Assembly: GCA_963733035.1 (NCBI GenBank)
Contig: CAVTBU010000007.1
Location: 687,710 to 751,709, forward strand
Source of the DNA: Pirellulales bacterium
GTDB taxonomy: Bacteria > Planctomycetota > Planctomycetia > Pirellulales > PALSA-1355
Reading direction: 5' to 3'
DNA: 64,000 nt
Positions 1 through 11,688 of this stretch are shown here, piece after piece; position 1 is the stretch's first letter, and each line of letters begins with the position of its first letter. The translations under genes were made by a program, and so were the position numbers. The notes beneath the pieces are model-generated. The model worked only from the letters and a program-made list of their open reading frames with translations. It was not told the origin of the DNA and searched no databases.

Positions 1-217
1 CCGTGGGACCTAGCCCGCCCGTCGCAACGACAATGTCGGCACGGCCGGCAGCCGTTTGAAACACGTCAATATTCGCCTGGAGGTCATCGGCGACCGTCGT
101 GTGGTACAGGACGCGCACGCCGAGTTCACCAAGTCGTTCACTGATCCATTGACTGTTGGTGTCGAGGCGCTGTCCACTGGTAAGTTCGTCGCCAATTGAG
201 ATCACTTCGGCAATCAT
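1..217 (-). CDS. cinA: CinA family protein (molybdopterin-binding-like N-terminus), runs off the window start
   Basis: Not in the ORF track. Manual translation from ATG at 217 gives MIAEVISIGDELTSGQRLDTNSQWISERLGELG...VGDD-like (VADD)...ATGGLGPT, the typical CinA N-terminal motifs. Confidence 0.88.
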   Translation of the reverse strand, partial: MIAEVISIGDELTSGQRLDTNSQWISERLGELGVRVLYHTTVADDLQANIDVFQTAAGRADIVVATGGLGPT

Positions 218-251
218 GGAATGCTTTCACGTGAATAGATCGGATGATTTG

Positions 252-914
252 TCATGAGGTGTTGGACTTTGCCGCAATGGTATCCAGAAAGTCCTGGCCG
301 TGGGCGTATTGGGTGTTGATTGGCACGCCCGCCTTGCAGAGGGGGCAGTGGGCCGCGGGCCAGCTGGGAATGTCGTGTTCCAGTAGAAAAAGATAGCGCT
401 CGACTCCAAGGCTAGCGGCATCGACGTTTCCGCGGTCGACAATGGCGGCCGCCCCCACCACATTGCCACCGCACTGTTCGACTGCCTTCACGGTTTGACG
501 GATCGAGTAACCGGTGTTCACGACATCGTCGACGACGAGCACGTTTTTCCCTTTGATCATCTGATCGTATCCGCGATGCAACGCGAATCTTCCGCGCAAC
601 TCGCTTGGAGAGCGCGGAGAATTGTGCTCGGCAAACACGGCTGGCAAATGGAGTGCGTGCCCCGTCCACTGGGCCACGATGAGGCCGCCGGTCGCCGGAC
701 CGCAGAGCATGTCCGCGCCGAGATCCTGAACAGCACCGGCCAGCAGTTGCCCCAATCGTGCGGTGCGGGTCAAATCGACGAAGATCACGTCCTTGTCGAT
801 CCAGCCGCTGCCGTGGTCGCCGGAAACGTAAACAAAATGGTCGTTCGCCAGGATCGCCTCTGCCGTCGTAAGTATCTGGCGGGTTTCGTCGGCGGCTGAT
901 GAATTGGAAGGCAT
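252..914 (-). CDS. pyrE: Orotate phosphoribosyltransferase-like PRTase
   Basis: HFVYVSGDHG, PRPP-binding motif VLVVDDVVNTGYS, C-terminal CPLC. ATG at 914 has GGAG upstream (alternative start 941). Confidence 0.75.
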   Translation of the reverse strand: MPSNSSAADETRQILTTAEAILANDHFVYVSGDHGSGWIDKDVIFVDLTRTARLGQLLAGAVQDLGADMLCGPATGGLIVAQWTGHALHLPAVFAEHNSPRSPSELRGRFALHRGYDQMIKGKNVLVVDDVVNTGYSIRQTVKAVEQCGGNVVGAAAIVDRGNVDAASLGVERYLFLLEHDIPSWPAAHCPLCKAGVPINTQYAHGQDFLDTIAAKSNTS

Positions 915-1005
915 CGGCTTGCGGCTCCAGGAGTTCTCCATTGTGCCAAGTGCGGGTGTCGTTGGCCAAGGGGCTGCGGTGAAGCGGCCACCAGGCGTAT
1001 AACGC

Positions 1006-1035
1006 TTGCGCACACGGGGGGTGGGCCGGTATACT
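1006..1035 (+). promoter_or_regulatory. Putative sigma-70 promoter of copA with a G-tract spacer (CsoR/RcnR-type operator candidate)
   Basis: TTGCGC-N18-TATACT ending 21 bp upstream of the copA ATG. The spacer contains GGGGGGTGGG. Confidence 0.4.
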
Positions 1036-1056
1036 GTTGCGTAAAGGGCAAGGCGT

Positions 1057-3587
1057 ATGGCACGGGTCGAACTACCGATCGAAGGCATGACGTGCAGCCA
1101 CTGCGTGCGCACGGTGGTCGATGCCCTGCAGAAGGTGCCCGGCGTTCGCTCGGCCACCGTGAGCCTGGCGGATAAGAAAGCCGTTGTCGACGTGGAGAAC
1201 GGTCAGGTTTCTCGCGGCGATCTGGCTGCGGCCGTTGCCCTGGCCGGCTATCGAGTACGCGGCGCGCAGCCGCCGAGCACTGTGCAGATATCGAGTGGTC
1301 CACCCTCGCCGTCGGCCCTGGTGAAAGACATCGAACCACTGGCGGCGCCAGCGGCTTCGCCCAAACAAAGACGCCCGGCCGACGCCAACGAGCCTGGCGT
1401 GATGTTGAACATCGACGGAATGACGTGCGCGAGTTGCGTGGCAAGAGTCGAGAAAGCGCTCGCAGCGGTTTCTGGTGTCAGCGCCGCACGCGTCAATCTG
1501 GCGACCAACCAGGCTTCCGTCCAATTTGGCGACAAACCGGCCTCGCTGGCGGACTTGATATCCGCGGTGGAGCGGGTTGGCTATGAAGCCGCGCCGGCAG
1601 GCACGCCGGCGGACGCGGGGGCCGATCTGGCCGATCGCTCAGAACGTGAGCTCTTCCGTTGGCGCTGGCGCCTGTGGGTGGGTGCGGCATTGCTCCTTCC
1701 GCTCGTGGCGTTGCACTTTTGGAAACCGTCTGGCCCAGCGGCGACGTGGGTGCAGTTTGTTTGCGCCACCTTGCTGCAAGTGGTTGTCGGGTGGCCGTAT
1801 TATGTCGGCGCCCTCAAGCGGGCTCGATACCTGTCGACGAACATGGATACGCTGGTCACGATCGGCACGTTGGCCGCTTATGGAGCCGGGGTCTTTGGGC
1901 TGTTTGCATCTGAGCACGCGGCGCACGGCCGGCCGATGTATTTGATGGACGCTGGCATGATCCTTGTGTTCATTACGCTGGGCAAGTATCTCGAAGCCCG
2001 CGCCAAGGGACGTGCATCGGCGGCGATTCGCAAACTACTTGATCTCGCACCGCCCGAGGCATTCGTCAGGCGAGGCGGCCAACTTGTGGGCGTGACGCCC
2101 GCTCAGGTCCGCGTGGGTGAAATTCTCGTCGTGCGGCCGGGTGAAAAGGTACCGCTCGATGCCGAAGTGACCAGCGGCAGTTCGAGCGTCGACGAGTCGT
2201 GGTTGACGGGCGAGTCGTTGCCCGTCGACAAGAGCCCAGGCAGCGAAATCCTGGCGGGAACGATCAACGGACAAGGTTCGCTCACTGCCCGAGTTGTTAG
2301 GCCCGCAGGTAAGACGGCGCTGGCGCAAGTCATCGACCTGGTTCGCCGCGCGCAGGAATCGAAGACTGAAATCCAACGGCTGGCCGATCGTGTCGTAGCC
2401 GTGTTCGTGCCGTTTGTCCTGCTGGTCGCCGCGATTACGCTGTTGACCTGGGGATTGGCCGCCACCGATTGGTTCGGTGGCTTGAGTGCCATGGTCGCGG
2501 TACTCGTCGTGGCCTGTCCCTGCGCCTAGGGTTGGCAACGCCAACGGCGATTCTCGTGGCCAGCGGTCGCGGGGCCGAGATGGGAGTGCTCGTCAAAGAA
2601 GCCCACGCCCTGGAAATCGCCGGACGCGTGTCGACGGTCGTGCTCGATAAGACCGGCACGATCACAACGGGAAAACCGCAAGTGACACACGTTCTGGCTG
2701 CGAAGGGTGTGACTCCCGACCTTCTGCTGTCGACCGCCGCGGCGGCCGAACAACTCAGCCAGCATCCCTTGGCCGAACCGATCGTCGCGGCGGCCCGTCG
2801 CGAACGCCTGCAACTGCCTTCGGCCAGCGACCTGGAAGTCGTTCCGGGCCAAGGCATCCGGGTGCAAGGTCGCGACGAAATAATCTATGTGGGAAACGAA
2901 CAGCTGATGGCGCTGGCCGGTGTAAATCTGGGCGCTCAGCTTGCCCAATTGAAGACCGTTCGTGCCGGTGGCGAAACACCACTCGTAGTCGCGTCTGGCA
3001 AACGCTATCTGGGCATGCTCGTGGTGGCCGACGTCATTGCACCGCACAGTCAGGAAGCCGTCGCGCAGCTCAAGAAGTTGGGCGTCGAGGTCTGGCTGCT
3101 CTCGGGTGACCACCGGACAATTGCCGAACGTATTGCCCGCGAAGTCGGCATCGAACGGTTTCGCGCCGAGGTGTTGCCGCAGGACAAGCAGGCCATGGTC
3201 GCTCAGCTACAGTCGGCTGGGCACGTCGTGGCCATGGTCGGAGACGGCATCAACGATGCACCGGCCCTCGCGGCCGCGGACTTGGGAATTGCGGTCGGAA
3301 CGGGCTCCGACGTCGCGATTGAAGCCGCCGAGGTTGTCATCACGGGCGGAGATCTGCGCTCCGTGCCCAAAACGCTCCTGTTGGCCCGGGCAACGCTACG
3401 CACAATTCGACAGAACCTGGCCTGGGCCTTCCTTTACAACGTGCTGCTGATTCCGCTGGCGGCGGGAGTGTTGGTGCCGCTGGGCGGCTTTCAATTACCG
3501 AGCGTGGCCGCGGCGGGTGCGATGGCGCTATCGAGCGTTTCGGTCGTCACCAACAGCTTGTTGCTCAGAGCACGTAAGCTGAAGTAA
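1057..3587 (+). CDS. copA: Copper-translocating P1B-type ATPase (one frameshift at ~2525)
   Basis: Two HMA domains (GMTCSHC, GMTCASC), TGES, CPC(A)|LGLATP split across frames, DKTGT, GDGINDAP, YN and MALSS. Confidence 0.93.
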
Positions 3588-3595
3588 TTGCGAGA

Positions 3596-4828
3596 TCAGC
3601 CGATTAGCCGCGCGGCGGGGTTCTCGATCGCTTGCACGACAGCCTGCAGGAATCGCGCGGCCGGTCCGCCATCGACCAAGCGGTGGTCGAACGTCAGACT
3701 CAGCGTCAATTGCTCTCGCGGCTCGACCTTGCCGTTGACGCAGGCGGGAACCGATTGGATACGGCCCAAGCCGAGAATTGCACATTGTCGCCCGTTGATG
3801 ATTGGCGTGAAGGCGTCGATGCCGTAGGCTCCCAGGTTGCTGATGGTAAACGTGCCTCCCTGCATTTCATCGGCGGACACTTGTCGTGCAATTGCGCGAG
3901 TGACCAGATCTTTGGAACGGCGTGACAATTCGCGCAGCGACAGCTGATCTGCATTGTGAATCACCGGCACCATCAATCCTGCATCGGTATCGACGGCGAC
4001 GCCCAGGTGCACTTCCGCAAACTGCACGCTGCCGGTATCGTCCCAGCGCGCATTGAGCGCGGGAAACTCGACCAACACCAAGGCCGTGAGCTTGCCGATC
4101 AGATCCGTGTAAGTTGGCGCGGGGACATCGGCCGACGTCTGAGAGCGAAACTGCTTGCGCAGGTTGACCAGGTTCGTGGCATCTGCCGTCGTCGTCAACG
4201 TGACCGGAGCAGTCGTTTGCCGGCTTTCGAGCATTCGGGCGGCAATCGTGCGGCGCGTGGCGGAATGCGGGACGAGATTCTCGGTCGCCGCTGTCGGCTT
4301 GCCGTTTGGTTTGGCGGCCGCGACAACGTCGCGTTCGACGACGCGGCCTGATCGGCCGGTTCCCTCCAGCGAGGTCCAGTCGACGCCCAGTTCTTTCGCC
4401 CGACGTCGGGCTCGCGGCGAACTGGGGCCTTGGGTAACTCGCGGCATAAGCGGTTCAGTCGCTGCCGCGGCGACCGCTGCCTGCTGCTTCCGAGCTTGGC
4501 GGCGCGCACTAGGACTGGCGGCTGGCGTCATCGAGCGCTTTGCCGGTGGTTTGGGTTTAGGCGTTACTTCGGCCGGTGATTCGTTTTCAGCCACGAGCAG
4601 TGCGATGACCTGGCCAACCTTCACCGTGTCGCCAGGTTGCGGCCCATCGGGCAGAAACTGCAGGATGCCCTCATCGAAGCTCTCGATCTCCTGGGCCGCT
4701 TTGTCCCCTTCGAGGACGAACAGCAGGTCTCCCTTGTTGACGCGGTCGCCGGCGGCTTTGAGCCACTCGGTAAGAGTGCCCTCTTCCATCGACCAGCCCA
4801 GCCGCGGTACCGTTACTTCAATGGCCAT
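3596..4828 (-). CDS. 2-oxoacid/acetoin dehydrogenase E2 (dihydrolipoamide acyltransferase)
   Basis: Lipoyl domain (EGDKA), E3-binding-like repeats (ASPSARR, SSPRARR), catalytic DHRLVDG. Confidence 0.92.
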   Translation of the reverse strand: MAIEVTVPRLGWSMEEGTLTEWLKAAGDRVNKGDLLFVLEGDKAAQEIESFDEGILQFLPDGPQPGDTVKVGQVIALLVAENESPAEVTPKPKPPAKRSMTPAASPSARRQARKQQAAVAAAATEPLMPRVTQGPSSPRARRRAKELGVDWTSLEGTGRSGRVVERDVVAAAKPNGKPTAATENLVPHSATRRTIAARMLESRQTTAPVTLTTTADATNLVNLRKQFRSQTSADVPAPTYTDLIGKLTALVLVEFPALNARWDDTGSVQFAEVHLGVAVDTDAGLMVPVIHNADQLSLRELSRRSKDLVTRAIARQVSADEMQGGTFTISNLGAYGIDAFTPIINGRQCAILGLGRIQSVPACVNGKVEPREQLTLSLTFDHRLVDGGPAARFLQAVVQAIENPAARLIG

Positions 4829-4848
4829 CGCATTCGCTCCCGGGCGGC

Positions 4849-6917
4849 TTACTCTTTCAGCAATTCGGTGATGGCCGCTTGAATTTGCTCGACGCCGGGT
4901 ACGACGGCGGCCTCCAGGGTCGGGCTGTACGGTGTCGGCGAAAACGCGCCATTGAGACGCTTGATCGGAGCGTCGAGATCATTGAAGCCAAGGTCCACCA
5001 CGCGGGCCGCGATCTCCGCCCCCAGGCCAAACGGAGCGAAAGCTTCATCGACGACGAGCAGTCGGCCCGTCTTGTGGACCGATTGCAGGATCGTATCTTC
5101 GTCGAGCGGCGATACCGTACGCGGATCAATGACTTCGATGGATAAGCCGCCGCTTTCCATCGCTTGACAAGCGGCCAGTGCTTTGGGAACCATTGCTCCC
5201 AGAGCGACGATAGTTGCATCGCTTCCCTGTCGCAGAACCGCCGCGCGGCCGAACGGAATCTCGTAGTCTTCCTCAGGCACCGGACCGCTGAGCGCCAGCA
5301 GTTCCCGCGGTTCCAAGAACAACACCGGATCGTGTGAACGGAGGGCATGGGCCAGCAGTCCCTTGGCGTCGTAGGGCGTTGAAGGCACGACCACCCGCAG
5401 CCCCGGAAAATGGGCGTACATCGGGTAATAGTTACCCGAGTGATGCGTGGCGGCCGAATGGCCGATGCCAATGCAACCGCGAAGCAAAATCGGCATCGTA
5501 ATGCGACCGCTTGACATGTACTGGATCTTGGCGATCTGGTTGATGATCTCTCCAACGGCATCGAGGACGAAGTCAGCAAACATGAAGTCCACGACCGGCC
5601 GCGTGCCGGACATGGCGGCGCCGCCCGCCAGACCGACAAAACCGCGTTCGGCAATCGGCGTATCGCGGAGCCGTTCGGCGCCGTACAGGTCGAAAAGACC
5701 ATAGGTTGTCTTGAAGTTGCCGCCTCGTTTTCCGATGCCTTCGCCGAGGACGAAGATCGCCGGATCGCGCTGCATGGCCGATGAAAGCGCCTCCCACGTG
5801 GCTTGCATATAAGTAGCTTCACGCGGGCACGAATCGTGCGCGGGAGCGGCCGGCGGGACGCGCGGAGTCGCGTAGACGTGCGTCGTGGCGGAATCTGCCG
5901 TCGGCCACTGGCTCGCTTCCGCAAAGGCATGGGCTTCGGCCACTTCGACGGCAAGCTCGGCGTCGATGGCATCGAGCACGTCGACGTCGACCGTCGCCCC
6001 CTGCTCTGCTTGGGGACCAGTTAACTGCCGCCGCAACGCGGCGATCGGGCAGCGCTGCTTCCAGGCATCCACTTCTTCGCGTGTGCGATAGGTAAAATCG
6101 CCCATCCCTTCCGCGTGCGGTCGGGTGCGATATGTACGACACTCAATAAGCGTCGGCCCTTCGCCGGCGCGTGCGCGTCGCACTGCCTCGTCAGCCACAC
6201 GGTAAACGGCCGCCACATCGTTGCCGTCGACGGCAATGCCTGGCATGTTGTAGATGACGCCGCGAGACGCGACGTCAGGATTCGCCGCCGAATAGGAAAA
6301 CAGCACCTCGGTCGCCACCTGATTGTTTTCGCAGACGAACAAAACTGGCAGCTTCCAGATCGAGGCCAGATTCAGGCCCTCGTGGAAAGCCCCGTTGTTC
6401 GCGGCGCCATCGCCAAAAAACGCCACGGCCACGCGGTCCGTCTTCAAGAGCTGGAAACTATAGCCCGCCCCTGCCGCCTGCAAAATGCAGGGGCCGACGA
6501 TACCGCTGGTACCCATCATGCCGATCTCGGCGCGAACAGGTGCATACTGCCACCTCGGCCTCGCGAGCATCCGGTGTCGCGCCCGTAGAGTTCGGCGAAC
6601 AGTTCGCGCGGCGGCAGACCCTTGGCCAAAGCGTGTCCATGCCCGCGGTGCGTACTGAACACGGCGTCGTCGGTGTTGAGATGGGCACAGACGCCTGTGG
6701 CCACTGCTTCTTCGCCGACGTAGGTATGGCAAGCACCATGTACGAGTCCGCGGCCAAATGATTTGGCCAGTTGCTCCTCAGACAGACGAATACGCTGCAT
6801 CGTGCGGTAGAGCTCAATCAGCGTTTCGGCAGGCAGTTCGCCGGACGTCTGCGCAACGTGAGTGACGGCTGGGCCATGTGAATGTGCTTTGCGTGCGTCG
6901 GTTGTGGATTGAGACAT
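4849..6917 (-). CDS. ThDP-dependent dehydrogenase E1, fused alpha/beta subunits (frameshift at ~6530)
   Basis: STHRGHGH and GRGGSMH in one frame, then GDG...ENN ThDP motif, DTPIAE and transketolase C-terminal motifs in the other. Confidence 0.9.
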
Positions 6918-6919
6918 GG

Positions 6920-7729
6920 TCACTTTCCGGCGGAATCGAGAGGAGCGCGAATGGTGCCGCCTGCGTTGACGGCCAGGTTGCCGCCGTCCATGGGAATCAG
7001 GGCGCCAGTGATCCAAGACGACGCATCCGAGGCCAACAGCACGGCCAGGCCGCGAATATCGTCTGGATGTCCGAGCCGGCCGCGAGGGATGCCCGTGAGC
7101 CATTTGTCCTTGAGCGTGGGGTCGGCGGCCATTCTTTTTTCGAGCCCAGGATTCACGACTTGTGCCGGCAGGATGGCGTTCACGCGCACGCCGCGGCCGG
7201 CCCATTCGGTGCTTAGCTCGCGTGTCATCTGAGCGACCGACCCCATCGCCATGCTGTAGGCGATGTGCCCACGCCCGAGAGCGGTGATGCTGGCCAATGA
7301 GCCGATGTTGACAATACTGCCGCGGCCGGCCTTTAGCATTCGCCGGCCTGCTTCCTGGCACATGCAGAACCGTCCGAAGACAAGATTCTGAAACACCTGT
7401 TGCACTTGTTCGAGGGTGATCTCATCGGGTGGGCACAGGAACCCTTCGCCAGCGACATTGCCCAGGAAGTCGATCTGGCCAAATTCGCGATCCAGCGTTG
7501 CGAACAAACCGACAACCGCGGCCGGTTGCGAGACGTCGCATTGGTTCGCGATCGCGCGACGGCCCATTGATTCGACCTCGGCGGCCGTGCGTTTGGCGCC
7601 GTCAAGGTTCAAGTCGGCAAGTAGCAGGTCGGCGCCCTGTTCGGCGAGCGCAAGGGACATCGCGCGGCCCATCCCACTGGCGGCGCCGGAAACGAGCGCC
7701 ACGCGCCCGGCCAAATCAAACATGGACAT
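6920..7729 (-). CDS. SDR family oxidoreductase (atypical YxxxM)
   Basis: SGAASGMG Rossmann motif, IVNIGS, RVNAILP, DGG. The catalytic motif reads YSMAM. Confidence 0.9.
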   Translation of the reverse strand: MSMFDLAGRVALVSGAASGMGRAMSLALAEQGADLLLADLNLDGAKRTAAEVESMGRRAIANQCDVSQPAAVVGLFATLDREFGQIDFLGNVAGEGFLCPPDEITLEQVQQVFQNLVFGRFCMCQEAGRRMLKAGRGSIVNIGSLASITALGRGHIAYSMAMGSVAQMTRELSTEWAGRGVRVNAILPAQVVNPGLEKRMAADPTLKDKWLTGIPRGRLGHPDDIRGLAVLLASDASSWITGALIPMDGGNLAVNAGGTIRAPLDSAGK

Positions 7730-7837
7730 GCGAGAACTCGCTGCGCGCTGATGCTGAAAACGGTTGGCCTACTGAAGCGTACCCACAGCCCAACCCGTAA
7801 TAAATGACTTCGGGGGCTGCGCCTTGACGCCACTAGC

Positions 7838-7869
7838 TTGACGCTGCTAGATTGTCTGATAATCTAGCA
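7838..7869. promoter_or_regulatory. Palindromic operator overlapping a promoter in the SDR/FadR divergent intergenic region
   Basis: TGCTAGATT-GTCTGAT-AATCTAGCA (7845-7869, perfect 9-bp arms) overlapping TTGACG-N16-TAATCT. Confidence 0.7.
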
Positions 7870-7906
7870 AGGAGTTACCCTGCCTGCAACCCGCCTGGAA
7901 TTTTCC

Positions 7907-8593
7907 ATGTTGAAAACTGTCGCTCGCGCCAAAATCCGCGATGTCGTTGCCGCGCAGCTCAAGAGCTACATCGCCCGGGAAAATCTAAGACCTGGGGATC
8001 GCTTACCGACGGAAACGGAATTGGCCACGCGTTTCGGCGTCAATCGCCTCAGTCTTCGCGAGGCCACCAAGGCCCTCGAATTCCTAGGAATCGTCGAGGC
8101 CAAGCCCGGCCGCGGTCTGACGGTCGGGCAGATCGACATGCAGCGCGTGACCGACCACCTAGGGTTTCACCCCGCGCTGCACGACGTGGATCCGGGTGAA
8201 CTGATCGACACCCGGATCGTAATTGAAACCGGCGCATTGCCGTTCGCCGCTCGACGGATGCAGCGCGATTCCTCGATTTACGTCCGGCTCGATGCAATCA
8301 ACGCGGAGCTTCGTCAGGCCCGCAGCTTGCAGCGGTTTGTCGAACTGGACATCCGATTTCATCGCGAGTTGATTCAGGCCGGCGGATTGGCCCCGCTGAT
8401 GGCATTTAGCGATGTGCTGGTGGTTTTCTTTCGTCGGTTCCGCGAGAGTGTGAAGATGGCGGAATGGCAGGGTGGAATCGATGCCCATCAGCGGGTGATT
8501 GACGCCTTACGCGACGCTGATGTGAAAACGGCCGATTCGCTGTTACGAAGTCATATTGAGGTCCACCGAAAGCGCATGAACGTGGCGAAATAG
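7907..8593 (+). CDS. GntR/FadR family transcriptional regulator
   Basis: PGDRLPTETELATRFGVNRLSLREA winged HTH. C-terminal FCD-like motifs (LDIRFH, HQRV, SHI). Confidence 0.92.
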   Translation: MLKTVARAKIRDVVAAQLKSYIARENLRPGDRLPTETELATRFGVNRLSLREATKALEFLGIVEAKPGRGLTVGQIDMQRVTDHLGFHPALHDVDPGELIDTRIVIETGALPFAARRMQRDSSIYVRLDAINAELRQARSLQRFVELDIRFHRELIQAGGLAPLMAFSDVLVVFFRRFRESVKMAEWQGGIDAHQRVIDALRDADVKTADSLLRSHIEVHRKRMNVAK

Positions 8594-8624
8594 CGGCGTC
8601 CCGATTTTTAGGCCGGTAGGCGTT

Positions 8625-11600
8625 ATGGATCTCACCAAAGCACGCACGAGTCAGCGACGACGCACCTCGCGGCGACGGGGGTGGATGCTGCTGTTGCTGG
8701 TTGGGGCCTGTTGGTGGACGCTGCCCGAAAGTTGCGCTCGCGCCGAGGTCGATGAAGCCTTCTTTGAGCAACGAATCCGGCCCGTTTTGGCGGACGTGTG
8801 CTTCCGCTGCCACGGCGAGGCAAAAGCTTCGGGCGGGCTGCGGGTTGACTCCCGCGAGGCGCTTTTCCGCGGCGGCGACTCTGGCCCGGCGATCGTTCCG
8901 GGCAAGCCGGACGAGAGCCTGCTGGTACGTGCAATTCGACACGCCGACGATGTGTCAGCCATGCCTGTTGATGGCGAATTGGACGACGGGCAGATCGAGG
9001 CCATGGTTGCCTGGGTTTCCGACGGCGCGCCTTGGCCGGCGAAAACGGCACGCTTCGAAAGTGCCCGGCATTGGGCTTTCGAGCCAGTGCAAACAGTACC
9101 GGTGCCGACCGTTGCGGATCGGGCTTGGGTGAGAACGAGTGTGGACGCCTTCATTCGGGCGCAACAGGAATCGGCCGGATTGAACCCTGGCCCGGCGGCC
9201 GACCGGCGAGCGCTCATTCGCCGCGCAACTTTTGACTTGACGGGGCTGCCCCCGACTCCGGAAGAGGTGGCTGCGTTCGAAGCCGACGCTTCACCCACGG
9301 CCTTCGACAAAGTCGTTGAGCGACTCTTGCATTCGCCCCACTACGGCGAACAGTGGGGGCGTCACTGGCTCGACGTGGTGCGCTACGCCGACACGGCGGG
9401 CGAAAACACGGATCACCCGCTGCCGCATGCCTGGCGATATCGAAATTGGGTCCTCAATGCGTTCAATGCCAACTTGCCATACGACGCATTCATTCGCCAG
9501 CAAATTGCCGGTGACTTACTGGCGGCGAACGGACCGGCCGAACAATATGCGGATCGCGTCGTCGCCACGGGGTATTTAGCAATTGCTCGTCGGTTTGGAC
9601 ACGACATCGACCAAGACATTCACCTGACGATCGAAGACACGATCGACACGATGTGTAAGTCGGTGTTGGGGCTGACGGTTGCGTGCGCTCGTTGCCACGA
9701 TCACAAGTTCGACCCTCTGACCCGGGCCGACTATTACGGATTGTACGGCATTCTGGCCAGCACGAAGTTTGCCTTTCCTGGTTGCGAACCGAAGCAACAA
9801 CCGCGGGATCTGGTTCCGCTTGTCTCCGCTGCGGAATATGCGGAAAGGTTCAAGCCACTGGAAGACCAAATGGCCGCGCTTGATGCCGAGGTTGCGCGAC
9901 TGACGGCTGCTCAGCCCGAGCGCGCCGCGCATTGCAGCAGGCCGCACGTCGGCAAGCAGTCGTCCTTTCGGCAGGCGACCTGGCAGATGCGACCGCGACC
10001 GAACTTTCGGTTGGGGCCAAGGTACCGCTCGACCAAATCACCGTCCATCGTGGCGATGTCTTGCAATTGGCGATCGGCCCGCGTGGCAATCATGGTGCCG
10101 ATTCAACGCAAGTGGAACTTGGCATCGAGGAAGTTGGCGCGGGAGGCCGGCGCTGGAGTTCGAACGACCTGGTGAGCGGCTTTGCCGAAGGGCGTCCACA
10201 CGCTGACGCGTACGGTAACGACGTGGCCTGGTGTTTTCTGGACACGCGCGATGGTTTTGCCCTGCTTTCCGAGAACCTCGACATGGTCGATGGGCGGAGC
10301 GAACTCAAGGCATGCCGCGCAGGCGACACCCCCTCGGTGTTGGTTAATACGTCCGAGTACGCAGTCGACGTTTGGACCCGTCTGCCGGCCAGGTCGTTCT
10401 TCATGCACCCTGGGCCCGAAGGTCCAGTCGCCCTGGCGTGGCTGTGTCCGTTGGACGGCACGGTTCGCGTCTCGGGGCGCATTGCCGATGCGCATCCCGG
10501 TGGCGACGGCGTGTCGTGGACACTGGAACATTTTGCATCGAACTTGGAGGGGAGCGGTCTGGCGGCGCAATATGTTGCCGCCGAGCAAAGCATTGAAAGT
10601 GTGCAAGCGGCGATGGCGCGGAAGCGCGAGCTGGCCGGACAAGTCGTCGTTCCTGTGGGATACGCGGTTAGCGAGGGGGAGGCCCACGACGCGCGCATTC
10701 AAAAACGTGGCGATCCGGCCGACCTGGGGGGCGAGGTGCCGAGAAAGTTCCTGGATGTACTCGGCGGACAGCATGTGCAAAACACGGAGTCGAGCGGCCG
10801 GCTTGAACTCGCCAACTGGCTGACGCAGCCCGATAACCCCCTCACTGCCCGGGTATTCTCGAATCGCGTATGGCAGTGGCATTTCGGACGCGGCCTGGTG
10901 TCGACGCCAAACGACTTCGGTACGCGAGGTAGTCCTCCGACGCATCCCGAACTGCTTGACCATCTGGCAGCGGAATTCATCTCGAGCGGTTGGGATATTC
11001 GCGCGCTGCACCGGCTCATCATGCTCAGCGCGACCTACCAGCTGGCTTCACCGCAAACGGAGACTGCGTCGACCGCCACTTCTCCGGATGCGTATACGAC
11101 GTTTGCTCGCCGACGCCTGACCGCCGAGGAGTTACGCGATGCCTTGCTTGTCGCTAGCGGCGAGCTCGACCTAGCGCCCGGTGGTGCACATCCGTTTCCG
11201 CCGGAGTCCTCCTGGTCGTTCACGCAGCATAGTCCGTTTGCCGCTGAATACGAGACCTTCGGTCGGTCGGTCTACGTGATGCAAAAGCGAAATCGCCGGG
11301 GCCGTTTCTACCAGCTGTTTGACGGGGCCGATCCGAACGCCAGCACGCCACGTCGTGACATCACGACCGTGCCGACCCAAGCCTTGTATTTTCTCAACGA
11401 TCCGTTCGTACACGAACGTGCCGCGCGATTCGTTGAATTGCTCTTTAGTTGCCCTGGTGACGAGTCCGAACGATTGGATCTGGCCTACTGGCGATTGTTT
11501 GGCCGAAGTCCCAGTGAGGCGGAAACGAACGAAGCCGTTGCTTTCTTGAAAGACTACGCGTCCGGACTTTCCGCTGCGGACGCATCGCATCGTCAACAGC

Positions 11601-11662
11601 AGAGTTGGGCTGCCTTTGCCCGCGTGTTGATGAGCAGCAACGAATTCCTGTATGTAGATTGA
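8625..11662 (+). CDS. PSD1 and planctomycete cytochrome c domain protein (DUF1549/DUF1553), frameshift at ~9930
   Basis: Signal peptide, CFRCH, HWAF, YGEQWGRHWLDVVRYAD, CARCHDHKFDP, NPLTARV..NRVWQWHFGRGLV, SNEFLYVD. Confidence 0.9.
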
Positions 11663-11688
11663 GGTGGGCAGTCGATTGCCAGGCAGCC

